A stretch of DNA of 27,796 nt. Origin: a virus (Duplodnaviria; Caudoviricetes). Each line of letters starts with the position of its first letter. Position 1 is the stretch's first letter. The stretch is from the IMG/VR virus record IMGVR_UViG_3300046779_001273, positions 1 through 27,796 of that record; one strand, 5' to 3'. Positions 1 to 10,200 of the stretch are shown in pieces. Under the pieces are notes generated by a model. The model did not search any database and had not been told where the DNA came from. It saw only the letters and a list, made by a program, of their open reading frames with translations. The translations under genes were made by a program, and so were the position numbers.

Positions 1-43
1 CACTTCTGGTATTGGAAACTCTATAAGATTGGTGGAGGTGTAA
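1..43 (+). CDS. 3' end of an upstream gene (partial; probably structural/tail)
   Basis: Frame from nt 2 reads TSGIGNSIRLVEV-stop (TAA 41-43). Its last codons contain the GGAGGT RBS for the ATG at 45. Confidence 0.5.
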   Translation, partial: TSGIGNSIRLVEV

Positions 44-44
44 A

Positions 45-878
45 ATGGGAGAGTATGCAGATTCTTTAAAAAAGAAAAAAGTTGTTATTCCTACTCAAGC
101 AAAAAAGGCTGATGCTGTAGATAATAAAAAAACAAAGTCTCTTAATGATGCAAGAACTATTGCAAATAATGCTAATACTAGAGAGAGTAGAACTTCTCAA
201 CCTTATGTTTCTCCAAAGACACCAACAGCAATAGTGCCAAAAGTGACTGTAGAGACAAAGAATAACTCAAAAACTCCAAATAATTCTGGAGTTAATGGAG
301 GATCAACAAACTCTGGTGCAGGAAATTCTGAATCAGCAATTCCACTTCCAAAAAATCCTCCTCCACCAAAAACTATTACTGCAGATAAATATGGGGCAGT
401 AAAAACTCCTAGCAAAGATACTTTAAACATATCTTCCTTAATCCCACAAGAGTCTGCTCAAAAAATTAGTAGGATGCTTTTTGAAGAATTATCTGCCATT
501 GAATTATCCATTATTGAAAGACATGACACTATTGATGGAATCAGACAACAGTATGCAATTATATCAAATTTGTCAGAAGTTAGAAGAAAATTTGATGCAA
601 AAAGATCTTTAACAAATATTGAAAAAGGATCTGGATTATCGATATATCAGATCGATTTAGACTCAAAAATTCCAGATTACAACTACCTTGTGACAAACGG
701 TCTTACTAAAGAATATAGTTACCTTGATGAAAGTGGAGTGTTGACAACAATTGAAAAGGGATTTTTGTATATAGATACAAATGGAGACTTAATCATAGAG
801 CTTGACAATATTTATGATGGAGAACAGATACAAATACAAATTGACTCAAGTGGTACAATATATGAGGTGGATAATTAA
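45..878 (+). CDS. Hypothetical protein, probably tail/virion-associated
   Basis: 277-aa ORF with GGAGGT RBS. Low-complexity N/S/G/P-rich N-terminal half and a beta-rich C-terminus. TAATG-coupled to the next gene. Confidence 0.75.
   Translation: MGEYADSLKKKKVVIPTQAKKADAVDNKKTKSLNDARTIANNANTRESRTSQPYVSPKTPTAIVPKVTVETKNNSKTPNNSGVNGGSTNSGAGNSESAIPLPKNPPPPKTITADKYGAVKTPSKDTLNISSLIPQESAQKISRMLFEELSAIELSIIERHDTIDGIRQQYAIISNLSEVRRKFDAKRSLTNIEKGSGLSIYQIDLDSKIPDYNYLVTNGLTKEYSYLDESGVLTTIEKGFLYIDTNGDLIIELDNIYDGEQIQIQIDSSGTIYEVDN
851..859 (+). promoter_or_regulatory. Extended -10 promoter element (TGGTACAAT)
   Basis: Same TGG-TAyAAT motif as the other promoters in the window, 19 nt upstream of the ATG at 878. 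No properly spaced -35. Confidence 0.45.
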
Positions 879-2038
879 TGATTACTAGTGACGGAAAAAC
901 AATTATTGCAAAGTATTTGCTAAACCAGGCTCCTGAGTTTGTTAGCCATATTGCTGTTGGTGTTGGAGGAAATGCATTAAGCACATCTTCTTCAGTAACA
1001 TATTCTTCATCAGCAGAGTCATTAGACTTTGAAGCTTTTAGAGTTCCAGTAATTGCAAAGGGATTAATTAAAGAAGATGGTGTAGAAAAATTAGTATTTA
1101 AAGCAGAGATGCCAACAAGCGAAAGATACAGACTTACAGAAATTGGACTATATCCAGCAGAGTCAAATTTACTGGCTGAAAGATACGATAGCAAAACATT
1201 TATTAGTTTTACAAATTCCGAACCTTGGACATACGTTTTACAAGGGTCTGCATCTGCAGTTCCATATGTAAACCAATCATTACAAGTTGCTGCAGATACC
1301 TCTATTACAGCAGGTGGTCTTGTTGGAAACTTTATAACAAACGCAACTGGTCAAAAAAGCACAGTACCAGCTTTCTTTATGAATTCAAATGATCCAATTT
1401 TTGAATATGTAGATAGAATCAATAGAAGAGAACCTCCTAGATTTTTAAGTAAATCTCTTACAATATCTGGTGATTTCTCAGACTTAAACTCTTCTTTTGT
1501 ATCAGCAAGTACAGGGTATTATTTAGAGAATAGTGCAATAAACTTAAATCTTGGAAATAATTTGCCAACAGATCAAATAAAGATAGCATACTCTGTTATT
1601 AGTAAAACTTTGGCAAATAATGATAGCCCAGATACTGGCGTTAGAATAAGGCTAGAGTTGATAAATAACGTTTCAGGAACTCCCACTGCATATGTAAACA
1701 TTGCATCTCCTTCGGCAGCTTTTGTTGACGACTTAGACCCTGGTAAAAAGAAAAGATATCAGGTTGTTACAAAGCAGATATCAGACTTTACAGCATCAGC
1801 AGACTTTTCGTGGAGCAATATAAATCTTATAAGAATTTATGCAGATGTAATAGATGCAACTCCATCAGACTACTTCATAGCATTTGATGGCATAAGGCTT
1901 GAAAATATTAGTACGCCAAATCCTCTATATTCTTTAATTGGTGCAGAGTATATTAAAACATCTGATGGATTTGATGTGTTAAAGCAGGAAAACTCAACGG
2001 CATATATTGAGTATAGATTTGGATTAGGAATTCAATAA
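878..2038 (+). CDS. Putative tail/baseplate structural protein
   Basis: 386 aa. The N-terminus MITSDGKTIIAKYL...HIAVGVG...EIGLY resembles phage tail-collar/baseplate-associated proteins. Beta-rich, in a structural gene context. Confidence 0.6.
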   Translation: MITSDGKTIIAKYLLNQAPEFVSHIAVGVGGNALSTSSSVTYSSSAESLDFEAFRVPVIAKGLIKEDGVEKLVFKAEMPTSERYRLTEIGLYPAESNLLAERYDSKTFISFTNSEPWTYVLQGSASAVPYVNQSLQVAADTSITAGGLVGNFITNATGQKSTVPAFFMNSNDPIFEYVDRINRREPPRFLSKSLTISGDFSDLNSSFVSASTGYYLENSAINLNLGNNLPTDQIKIAYSVISKTLANNDSPDTGVRIRLELINNVSGTPTAYVNIASPSAAFVDDLDPGKKKRYQVVTKQISDFTASADFSWSNINLIRIYADVIDATPSDYFIAFDGIRLENISTPNPLYSLIGAEYIKTSDGFDVLKQENSTAYIEYRFGLGIQ

Positions 2039-2559
2039 TGCCAAAGGTAAGAATTCCAGTAGAACAATTACCTCCACCAAATATATTTGGAGATCATAAC
2101 TTAAGATTTAGGGTAGTATCTGAATCAAAAAATATTATTTCTAGATGGTCTAATCTATATACAATAAAAAGTATCGGTCAATACAGACCATACGAATCTG
2201 ACGTTGTTTTAGAAATAGGTTCTGACATAGTTTCTGCAACATGGGACACTCCATCAATATATAATTTTTCTGCATCTTTATCAAGTGCATCAATTGCACA
2301 CAATCACTCTCAAAATTTTAAGAGACACCAGACTGATGTTTTTATATCTTGGGATTCTGGAAATTTTCAATATCATGATAGAGTTTCAAACGATAATACA
2401 TCAATTATTATAGAAGGAAGTACTAGTATTAGGGTTGTTGCCCTAGTAGCAACTCATGGATTTGACACTGATGTTTCTGGAGCAGATGCAGATGCACTTG
2501 TAGCAGATTTGTCAGAAAGATTTTTAATATTTGACACTGGAAATGTAAATCTGGTATAA
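2038..2559 (+). CDS. Putative minor tail protein (Fn3/Ig-like strands)
   Basis: 173 aa. The pattern LRFRVVSE..N..SRWS is typical of fibronectin-III-like strands in tail proteins. TAATG-coupled. Confidence 0.5.
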   Translation: MPKVRIPVEQLPPPNIFGDHNLRFRVVSESKNIISRWSNLYTIKSIGQYRPYESDVVLEIGSDIVSATWDTPSIYNFSASLSSASIAHNHSQNFKRHQTDVFISWDSGNFQYHDRVSNDNTSIIIEGSTSIRVVALVATHGFDTDVSGADADALVADLSERFLIFDTGNVNLV

Positions 2560-2560
2560 T
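2531..2560 (+). promoter_or_regulatory. Sigma70/SigA-type promoter
   Basis: TTGACA (2531-2536), 18-bp spacer ending TGG, TATAAT (2555-2560). AGGAG RBS follows before ATG 2577. Confidence 0.85.
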
Positions 2561-2576
2561 GTATTAGGAGATATAA

Positions 2577-3005
2577 ATGGCAATAGTACCACAACCATCA
2601 AAAGGACAACCCCTAGATATATCGTATTTGGCTACAATGGCACAGGCACTAGACACAGCCATTTCTAGAAATACTACTGGGTCACAGTCAAAAATAAAAT
2701 ATGCAGATAGTCAAAGTACTGAAACTATAAATACTCAAGATCTAGTTATATATGCAGGTTCAAATAAGATAGAGGTCCCACTTGGAAGCTCTGATGGTGT
2801 CTCCACAACATTTAGCTTTAATTTTAAATCTACTCCAATAGTAGTAGCCTCTATTGAATCAACAACTAAAAATATTCCAGCACTTTGCGTTGTAGAAAAT
2901 ATTAGCACAACATCTTGTACGGTTGTTGTTTATCCGATGAAGACAGTAGCTTCATCAACTTTGACAGGACATGTTTCCATTGTCGCAATTGGTCAAGCCA
3001 ACTAG
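2577..3005 (+). CDS. Putative tail-fibre/H-type-lectin-like protein
   Basis: 142 aa. The C-terminal F.F.FKSTPIVVAS...VENISTTSCTV...VSIVAIG pattern is typical of H-type lectin/gp53-like tail domains. Confidence 0.55.
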   Translation: MAIVPQPSKGQPLDISYLATMAQALDTAISRNTTGSQSKIKYADSQSTETINTQDLVIYAGSNKIEVPLGSSDGVSTTFSFNFKSTPIVVASIESTTKNIPALCVVENISTTSCTVVVYPMKTVASSTLTGHVSIVAIGQAN

Positions 3006-3015
3006 GTAGGCTTTT

Positions 3016-3525
3016 ATGTCTCAGGAAAAAGAAATTTTGCCCCTAAAAAGAATATTCTTTCTTAATGACTGTTTAGTTAAAGTAATACATATAAACAAGG
3101 CAAGTAATATAGTTTTAATATATAATGTTACAGAAAATAAAAGACAAAACCTTTTATATACTGATTTTAAAAAACATAGAAAAAGAGCTTACACAGTATC
3201 TAATGCTGCAAGACTTTTAAATAGGTCAAGGTTACAATTTAGTAAATATATTGCGTCAGGCTTGATTCCTGAACCAATTGCTGATAGTATAGATGGACAA
3301 AGAGGTCTTCAGATAAAAGCTTATTACTCTGAGGATCACCTATTTGAAATAAGGAATATTATGTCAACTATACATCATGGTAGACCACGAACTGATGGAT
3401 TAATAACGCCACGAAATGTGCCTACAGAACAGGATTTGCGTTCTAAGATGGGAGATGCTATAATGCTTTATACGAAGACAGAAGATGGAAGATTTATTCC
3501 AACTTGGCAAGAAAACACATGGTAA
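3016..3525 (+). CDS. MerR-like helix-turn-helix DNA-binding protein
   Basis: YTVSNAARLLNRSRLQFSKYIASGLIPEP...YYSEDHL matches the MerR/excisionase-like HTH pattern. Confidence 0.65.
   Translation: MSQEKEILPLKRIFFLNDCLVKVIHINKASNIVLIYNVTENKRQNLLYTDFKKHRKRAYTVSNAARLLNRSRLQFSKYIASGLIPEPIADSIDGQRGLQIKAYYSEDHLFEIRNIMSTIHHGRPRTDGLITPRNVPTEQDLRSKMGDAIMLYTKTEDGRFIPTWQENTW
3436..3464 (+). promoter_or_regulatory. Sigma70-type promoter inside the HTH gene, upstream of the helicase cluster
   Basis: TTGCGT (3436-3441), 17-bp spacer ending TGC, TATAAT (3459-3464). Confidence 0.6.
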
Positions 3526-3534
3526 GGAGCCAAA

Positions 3535-3738
3535 GTGTCAGAATCAACAAACGTATCAGTAACTCTTGGGTATACACTAAACTTGGGAAATTTCCAAAGC
3601 CTTAGAGTTGATATTGGAGTAACAGACTTTGTAAGGTCTGGTGAAACTACAGGAACTGCTGTAGATAGAGTATATTCTTTTGTAGAAGAAAAGGTTCTTG
3701 AAAAGGTTCAAGAAGCTAAACTAGAACTTGAGGGATAG
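3535..3738 (+). CDS. Small phage hypothetical protein
   Basis: GTG start with AAGGAG RBS. 67 aa with motif LGYTLNLGNFQSLRVDIG. Confidence 0.75.
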   Translation: MSESTNVSVTLGYTLNLGNFQSLRVDIGVTDFVRSGETTGTAVDRVYSFVEEKVLEKVQEAKLELEG

Positions 3739-4052
3739 TGGCTGAAAAGAAAGATAGGTTCGCCTTAATTTCTAAATATAAGTCGTTAGTCAAGGCTAGG
3801 AATTTGGGTGAAGAAAATATTAACATTCATACCCAACAGTGGGCTGCAGACTCTCTAATAGAGTCCTATGGTGTTGAAGAGTGCTATGATCTAATAACGT
3901 ATTACGTTACTGTTTCTGCCTCGCCAACATGGAAGTGGTTTACAAATAATGCTGATAAAGTATTTGAGCAAAAGAAAATAAAAGAAGAAGATAATAGGGT
4001 TAGAAGAATCCTAAGAGAACAGGCAAAGGAATGGCTAAAAGATGAGCGTTGA
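3738..4052 (+). CDS. Hypothetical protein (replication-associated by position)
   Basis: 104 aa. GTG start overlaps the previous stop and the 3' end overlaps the helicase start. Confidence 0.7.
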   Translation: MAEKKDRFALISKYKSLVKARNLGEENINIHTQQWAADSLIESYGVEECYDLITYYVTVSASPTWKWFTNNADKVFEQKKIKEEDNRVRRILREQAKEWLKDER

Positions 4053-5265
4053 ACTAGAAGAAAAAGTATTGTCAGCAGTACTAAATGATAAACAAGTTCA
4101 TGTTTTATTTCAGGCAAATCCAGATAGTCTATTTAAAACTCATAAGGATATCTGGAACTTTATTAGAGACTATTATGAGAAGAATACTACTGTTCCTACA
4201 AAAGAACTTGTTGTTGAAAAGTTTAGAGACTTTGCACCAACTGGTGAAATTGGGGCAACCAAGTACCACCTAGAAGAACTAAGAACAAAGCACCTTGAAG
4301 AAGGTCTAAAGTCTCTTCTTATGAATAGTGCATCACAATTAAATAATGGACAACCAGTAGAAGCTTTGAATTCTTTAATTTCTAAAACATCAGATCTTAA
4401 AAGAATCTCTTCAGATGTTAGAGATATTGATGCAACGGATATTGAAGATGCAACAGCACATTTTAATTTAATTAAGGAGTTAAGTGAAAAAGGTATTCAC
4501 GGTATATCAACAAACCTTGCAGGTTTTGATAACTATCTACCTTCTGGCATTACTCCTGGTCAGTTTGGTATACTTCTTGCTTATCCTGCCATTGGTAAGT
4601 CTTGGTTGGCTATTTTTATGGCTGTCCAGGCTTGGAAAGCTGGAAAGAAACCACTAATTGTTTCTTTAGAAATGACTGAAAAAGAAGTTAGAAATCGTGT
4701 ATATACAATTATGGCTGATGGATATTTCTCTCATAGAAAAATGTCTGCAGGAGCAGTAGATGTTGAAGCATTTCAAATATGGGCTAACAAACATCTTAAA
4801 GATATGCCACCATTCTATATCGTGTCTAATGATGGTCTTGGAGAAGTTTCTCCATCAGTTATTCGTGGAAAGATTGATCAGTATTCGCCAGATGTAGTTT
4901 TTATTGACTACATTCAATTGATGCAGCCAAATCAACCAACAGACAATGAAGTTGTAAAAATTAAAAATATTTCACGAGAATTAAAAGTTCTTGCAATTTC
5001 ATCTCAGGTCCCAGTAGTTGCTATTGCCTCCGCTACACCAGATGATGCAACAGATATGAATAGTGTTCCATCTCTTGGTCAGGTCGCATGGTCTAAGCAA
5101 CTTGCTTATGATGCTGACTGGGTGTTAGCACTTGGTCGTGCAACAGGAAGCACAATTCTTGAATGTATTTTTAGAAAGAACAGACATGGATTTTGTGGAG
5201 AGTTTATGATTGATATTGACTTTGATTCAGGTAGATTTATTTACAAAGATTTTGAAGGAAGTTAA
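4042..5265 (+). CDS. dnaB: DnaB-like replicative helicase (SF4)
   Basis: Walker A AYPAIGKS, SLEM, Walker B VFIDYIQLM, ISRELKVLA, YDADWV and KNRHG arginine-finger motif. Confidence 0.95.
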   Translation: MSVELEEKVLSAVLNDKQVHVLFQANPDSLFKTHKDIWNFIRDYYEKNTTVPTKELVVEKFRDFAPTGEIGATKYHLEELRTKHLEEGLKSLLMNSASQLNNGQPVEALNSLISKTSDLKRISSDVRDIDATDIEDATAHFNLIKELSEKGIHGISTNLAGFDNYLPSGITPGQFGILLAYPAIGKSWLAIFMAVQAWKAGKKPLIVSLEMTEKEVRNRVYTIMADGYFSHRKMSAGAVDVEAFQIWANKHLKDMPPFYIVSNDGLGEVSPSVIRGKIDQYSPDVVFIDYIQLMQPNQPTDNEVVKIKNISRELKVLAISSQVPVVAIASATPDDATDMNSVPSLGQVAWSKQLAYDADWVLALGRATGSTILECIFRKNRHGFCGEFMIDIDFDSGRFIYKDFEGS

Positions 5266-5275
5266 GTAATTTTAT

Positions 5276-5293
5276 TGATATAATTGATGTATG
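5276..5293 (+). promoter_or_regulatory. Extended -10 promoter with leaderless start
   Basis: TGA-TATAAT (TATAAT 5279-5284), then 6 nt, then ATG 5291. No Shine-Dalgarno. Confidence 0.65.
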
Positions 5294-5602
5294 TACGCAC
5301 ATAAGTCAATAAAAAGATTTAGCCTTGAAGGTGAAATTTATGACGACTCTCATATAGTGCGTTTAAAAAGTCAATACCTTTCAATGATAATTAATGGAAT
5401 GAAGGCAGACGGATATGTCCCAAGATATGATATTGACACAGACTTTACTTTATCGTATAATGGTAAAACATTTGATTTTGAAATGTCCGTTTATGGAGTA
5501 TATGTTGGAAAGAGACAAGCAGAGTGTTTAGAGGGAATAGACAAGAACACACCAATAATGGTGTCTTCTACACAGAGGATCAAGTCAGAAGAAGTCTGTT
5601 AG
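5291..5602 (+). CDS. Hypothetical protein
   Basis: 103-aa ORF between helicase and primase with a leaderless promoter configuration. Confidence 0.75.
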   Translation: MYAHKSIKRFSLEGEIYDDSHIVRLKSQYLSMIINGMKADGYVPRYDIDTDFTLSYNGKTFDFEMSVYGVYVGKRQAECLEGIDKNTPIMVSSTQRIKSEEVC

Positions 5603-6480
5603 CAGCTGGAATAGACGTTGTATATGAAGTTGAAAGTGATTTTATAATTTTTTGTCCATATCATAGTAACTTTAGATCTCCTGCTGCAGAAGTATCAAAA
5701 GAAAATGGATTATTTTATTGCTTCGGATGTCAAGAGTCAAGAACATTAATTGAATTAATTATGCATGTTTCAAAGCGTTCATACTTTGAGGCAGCAAGAA
5801 TGGTTGACTCTAAAAAAGAAAATATTGACTTAATAACTGCAATTGAAACAAGGCTTGATAAAAAACCAGACTTTGAACAATTTGATAATGATTTAATTAC
5901 TAGATTAAATAATGCTGCACTTACAAATGAAAGAGCAGTAAACTACTTTAAGGGTAGGGCAATAACAAAAGATAGCGTTATTAAATATCAACTTGGATAC
6001 TCTGAAAATCAAGATATGGTTACGATACCAGTACACGCTCCAGATGGAATGTGTGTTGGATTTGTGGGTAGGTCAGTTGAAGGTAAATCATTCAAAAATA
6101 CTCCAGGACTTCCAAAAGCAAAAACAATGTTTAACCTTCATAGAGCGAAAAGATTTGATAAAGTGTTTGTTGTTGAATCGTCTTTTGATGCTATTAGGCT
6201 AGAACAGGTAGGTGTGCACTCTGTAGCAACGCTGGGGGCTTCTGTATCATCAAAGCAGAGAGAACTACTAAAGCAATATTTTAACAATGTAATTATTTTA
6301 GGAGATAATGATGATGCAGGAAAAGAGATGGCTAATAAACTATCTGGAATTCTTGGAAGTATGGCAGTAAAAGCTACTCTTCCAGAAAATGTAAAAGATG
6401 TGTCAGACTTATCGGATGAAGAATTAAAAGACTTCGTGTCTAAATTTGACAACATACTTATGGCTATGGTACAATTTTAA
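5524..6480 (+). CDS. dnaG: DNA primase (CHC2 zinc finger + TOPRIM)
   Basis: CPYH...FYCFGC zinc-binding domain. TOPRIM motifs VVESSFDA, VATLG and GDNDDAG, plus KDVSD. Exact start uncertain. Confidence 0.93.
   Translation: MFRGNRQEHTNNGVFYTEDQVRRSLLAAGIDVVYEVESDFIIFCPYHSNFRSPAAEVSKENGLFYCFGCQESRTLIELIMHVSKRSYFEAARMVDSKKENIDLITAIETRLDKKPDFEQFDNDLITRLNNAALTNERAVNYFKGRAITKDSVIKYQLGYSENQDMVTIPVHAPDGMCVGFVGRSVEGKSFKNTPGLPKAKTMFNLHRAKRFDKVFVVESSFDAIRLEQVGVHSVATLGASVSSKQRELLKQYFNNVIILGDNDDAGKEMANKLSGILGSMAVKATLPENVKDVSDLSDEELKDFVSKFDNILMAMVQF
6446..6475 (+). promoter_or_regulatory. Sigma70-type promoter for the SSB gene
   Basis: TTGACA (6446-6451), 18-bp spacer ending TGG, TACAAT (6470-6475), inside the primase 3' end. 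Confidence 0.8.
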
Positions 6481-6518
6481 TACGCCCACATACAGGGCAA
6501 ATACTAAGGAGAAAATAT

Positions 6519-7166
6519 ATGAGTATCGTTAAAGGTATCAAGAATATCGAAGCAATTCTTGACAAGAAAACAAGCTATGATGGTCCACGAATTAAGTGGC
6601 TAAAGCTTGAAGATAATCAAAGTGTATCAATTCGCTTTGTTAATGAAGTAGATGCAGACTCACCAAACTATACAGAAGAACGTGGTCTTGCTATCGTTGC
6701 AGAAGAGCATACAAACCCAAAGGACTACAAGCGTAAAGCTGCTTGTACTGCTGACTCAGAAGGTCGTTGCTTTGGTTGTGAAATGCATCGCAAGGATATG
6801 AAGGCTGGTTGGAGAGCACGACACCGTTTCTACATCAACGTTTTGGTTGATGATGGAATGGAAGATCCATATGTTGCAGTATGGAGTATGGGTGTTGCTA
6901 AGTCAGCAACATTTGATACTATTCGTGAATTTTCTGCAGATACAGGTAGCCTTTCTAACATGACATGGAAGTTAAAGAGAAATGGCAAGGGTACAGAAAC
7001 AACCTATATCCTTATTCCAGGTAAGGAAGATTCAGAAAAGTTTAACTGGTCTGGAATCGAAATTCCTGATTTGGAGTCAACTGTTCGTACAGTTCCATAC
7101 GCAGAACAAGAATCGTTCTATCTTGGATTTGACAACCCAGCAGTTTCAACATCAGTAGATTGGTAA
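6519..7166 (+). CDS. Phage (gp32-like) single-stranded DNA-binding protein
   Basis: 215 aa. WLKL....SIRF, His/Cys zinc ligands (EH..C..C..C), LKRNGKGTETTY and an acidic/aromatic C-terminus. Lies between primase and polymerase with a strong AAGGAG RBS. Confidence 0.7.
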   Translation: MSIVKGIKNIEAILDKKTSYDGPRIKWLKLEDNQSVSIRFVNEVDADSPNYTEERGLAIVAEEHTNPKDYKRKAACTADSEGRCFGCEMHRKDMKAGWRARHRFYINVLVDDGMEDPYVAVWSMGVAKSATFDTIREFSADTGSLSNMTWKLKRNGKGTETTYILIPGKEDSEKFNWSGIEIPDLESTVRTVPYAEQESFYLGFDNPAVSTSVDW

Positions 7167-7171
7167 TTAGT

Positions 7172-7205
7172 AGATAGGGGGCTAACCACCCCCTATCTCT
7201 TTATT
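7172..7205 (+). terminator. Rho-independent terminator
   Basis: Perfect 10-bp stem AGATAGGGGG (7172-7181)/CCCCCTATCT (7189-7198), 7-nt loop, followed by CTTTATT. Confidence 0.8.
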
Positions 7206-7218
7206 AGAAAAGGTAAAA

Positions 7219-10200
7219 ATGACTTACGTTCCATTACATGTTCACACACATTACTCACTAATGGATGGTGTTGCTACACCAGAAGAATATGCAAAGAGGG
7301 CAAAGGAAGTTGGACTTCCAGCAATTGCAGTAACAGACCACGGTGTACTATCTGGACATAGACCAATGTATCGTGCTGCAAAAGAAAATGGTGTCAAGCC
7401 AATTCTTGGTATTGAAGGATATATCACACAAGATAGATTTGATCAGCGTGATAAAGCTGAACGACATGAGCCACTAGACTTAATTTATAATCACATTGTA
7501 ATTCTTGCAAAAAATGATAAAGGTTTAGAGAATTTAAACAAGTTAAATGAATTAGCATGGACCGAAGGCTACTATAAAAAGCCTCGTATTGATTTTGAAA
7601 TCCTTAAAGAGTATAGAGAGGGACTAATTGTTCTTTCTGCTTGTATGAGTGGACTACTTGCTAAGGCAATTGAGCATAAAGAGTATGCTGTTGCTAAAAA
7701 GCATATTGCTTGGTTTAAGGAAAACTTTGGAGATGATTTCTATATTGAAGTTATGCCACACAACTCTGCTGAGTTAAATAAAGAATTGCTAGACATGGCT
7801 GATACATATGGTGTTAAGCCAGTAGTCACGCCTGACTGTCACCATTCTGACAAGAGCCAAAAGGTAATTCAGGAAATGATGCTTATTCTTAATACCCATG
7901 CAAAGATTAGCAAAGGGTCAACATTTGAAAAGTCTCATAAAATTGAAGATCCAATGAAGAAGCTTGACTATTTGTATGGTGAAGATCGTATGATGTCGTT
8001 TAGAAGCTTCGATATTCATTTGTTGTCGTATGAAGAAATTAAATCTGCTATGCAACAACAAGGTATTAAGCGTGAAGATATTTATTCAAACTCTGTAGAA
8101 ATTGCAGACAAGGTAGAAGAATATACCATTCATGAAAATCTAGATCTTCTTCCAATTCAGGTAAGTGACCCAGACCAAGAGCTATTAGCACTATCATCTG
8201 CTGGTTTAAAGAAATTAGGTCTTAGTGACAAGCAAGAATATGTTGATAGACTTCACGAAGAATTAGAAATTATTAAGTCAAAGAATTTTTCTCCATACTT
8301 CTTAGTTGTTCGTAACATGTTGAATTGGGCAAAAGAACAAGATATTATGGTTGGTCCAGGTCGTGGTTCTGCTGCAGGTTCTCTTGTTTGCTACGCACTT
8401 GGAATTACTGACGTTGATCCAATTCAGTATGGATTATTGTTTTTCCGTTTTATTAATCCAGACCGTAATGACTTTCCTGATATTGACTCTGATATTGCAG
8501 ACGATAGAAGAGAAGAAGTAAAGGCGTATCTAGAACGTGAATATAAAAATGTTGCATCTATTGCAACATTCCTTGAATTTAAAGACAAGGGTGTTGTTCG
8601 TGATGCTGCAAGAGCGTTTAACATTCCATTAAACGATGTAAATAAAGTTCTAAAGAATATTGATAGTTGGGAGGACTTTACAAGGGCAGAGTCTGCACAA
8701 TGGTTTAGAATGAAGTATCCAGAAATTGTAAGATATGGAGAACAACTTCGTGGTCGTATTCGTGGAACAGGTATTCACGCTGCAGGTGTAGTTACAGCAA
8801 AGGAGCCAATCTTTAAATATGCTCCACTAGAAACAAGACTAGCCACTGGAAGTAAAGAAAGAATTCCAGTTGTTGCTGTTGACATGAATGAGGCAGCAGA
8901 TATTGGTCTAATTAAGCTTGACGTTCTTGGTCTAAAGACATTAACAGTTATTGATCAAACTATTAAAACTATTAAGCAACGCACTGGCGATGAAATTGTT
9001 CTAAAAAATATTGCACTTGACGATAAAAAAGTTTTTGAGATGCTCTCTGATGGAAGAACAAAGGGGGTGTTCCAGTGTGAAGCGACACCATATACAAACC
9101 TTCTTGTAAAGATGCGTGTGTCAAACTTTGACGAACTTGTAGCATCAAATGCACTTGTACGTCCTGGTGCTATGAATACTATTGGTAAGGCATATGTTGC
9201 TCGTAAACAGGGTAGGCAAATGACAGAATATGTTCATCCATCAATGACTGAATATCTTAAAGATACGTATGGCTGTGTTCTATATCAGGAACAAGTTATG
9301 CAGTCTTGTGTAACTCTTGGCGGTATGACAATGGTTGAAGCAGATAAAGTTCGTAAGATTATTGGTAAGAAAAAAGATGCTCGTGAATTTGATGTATTCA
9401 AAGATAAGTTTGTTTCTAATGCAAAAGAAATAATTGGTGAAGAAAAGGCTAAGCAACTATGGCATGACTTTGAAGCTCACGCAGGATACTCTTTCAATAA
9501 GTCTCACGCTGTTGCATACTCAATGCTTTCATACTGGACTGCATGGCTAAAGTATTATTATCCACTTGAGTTTATGTATTCTTTGCTTAAGAGTGAAAAA
9601 GATGCAGATACTCGTACAGAATATTTAATTGATGCAAAAAAGATGGGTCTATCTCTAAAGCTGCCACATATCAATGAGTCAGATTCTGACTTTAAGATCG
9701 AGGGCAAGGGAATTAGATTCGGTCTTTCAGCAATTAAGTGGCTATCTGATGGTACAGCACAAAAGATTATTAAGGGGAGACCTTTTGATAGTGCCAAATC
9801 ATTTAAAGAATTTGCTGCAAAAAAGGGAAGTGGCATTAACTCTAGAGCAGTAGAAGCTCTTGACCTTGTAGGAGCATTGACATTTGATGATAATCCAAGA
9901 GATGAAGTAAAGGTAAGAGAAAATCTATACGAATATCTTAATCTTCCAGAATTAAATACAAGTGTTCCACAACATTACTATGCATACATAAGTCTTGTAG
10001 AAGACTTTGATGAATTTAATGTATTTGTAATGCTTGGTATTGTAAAAAATATTAAACGTGGAAGTGGATGGTCAAGAGTAGAAATAATGGACTCAACTGG
10101 TGTAGTTGGAATATTTGATGATGAAGATACAAAGTTAGAGCCTGGCAGAACTTATCTAATCCTTGCTGGATCAAATAGAATTGCAACTGCTATCCCAATT

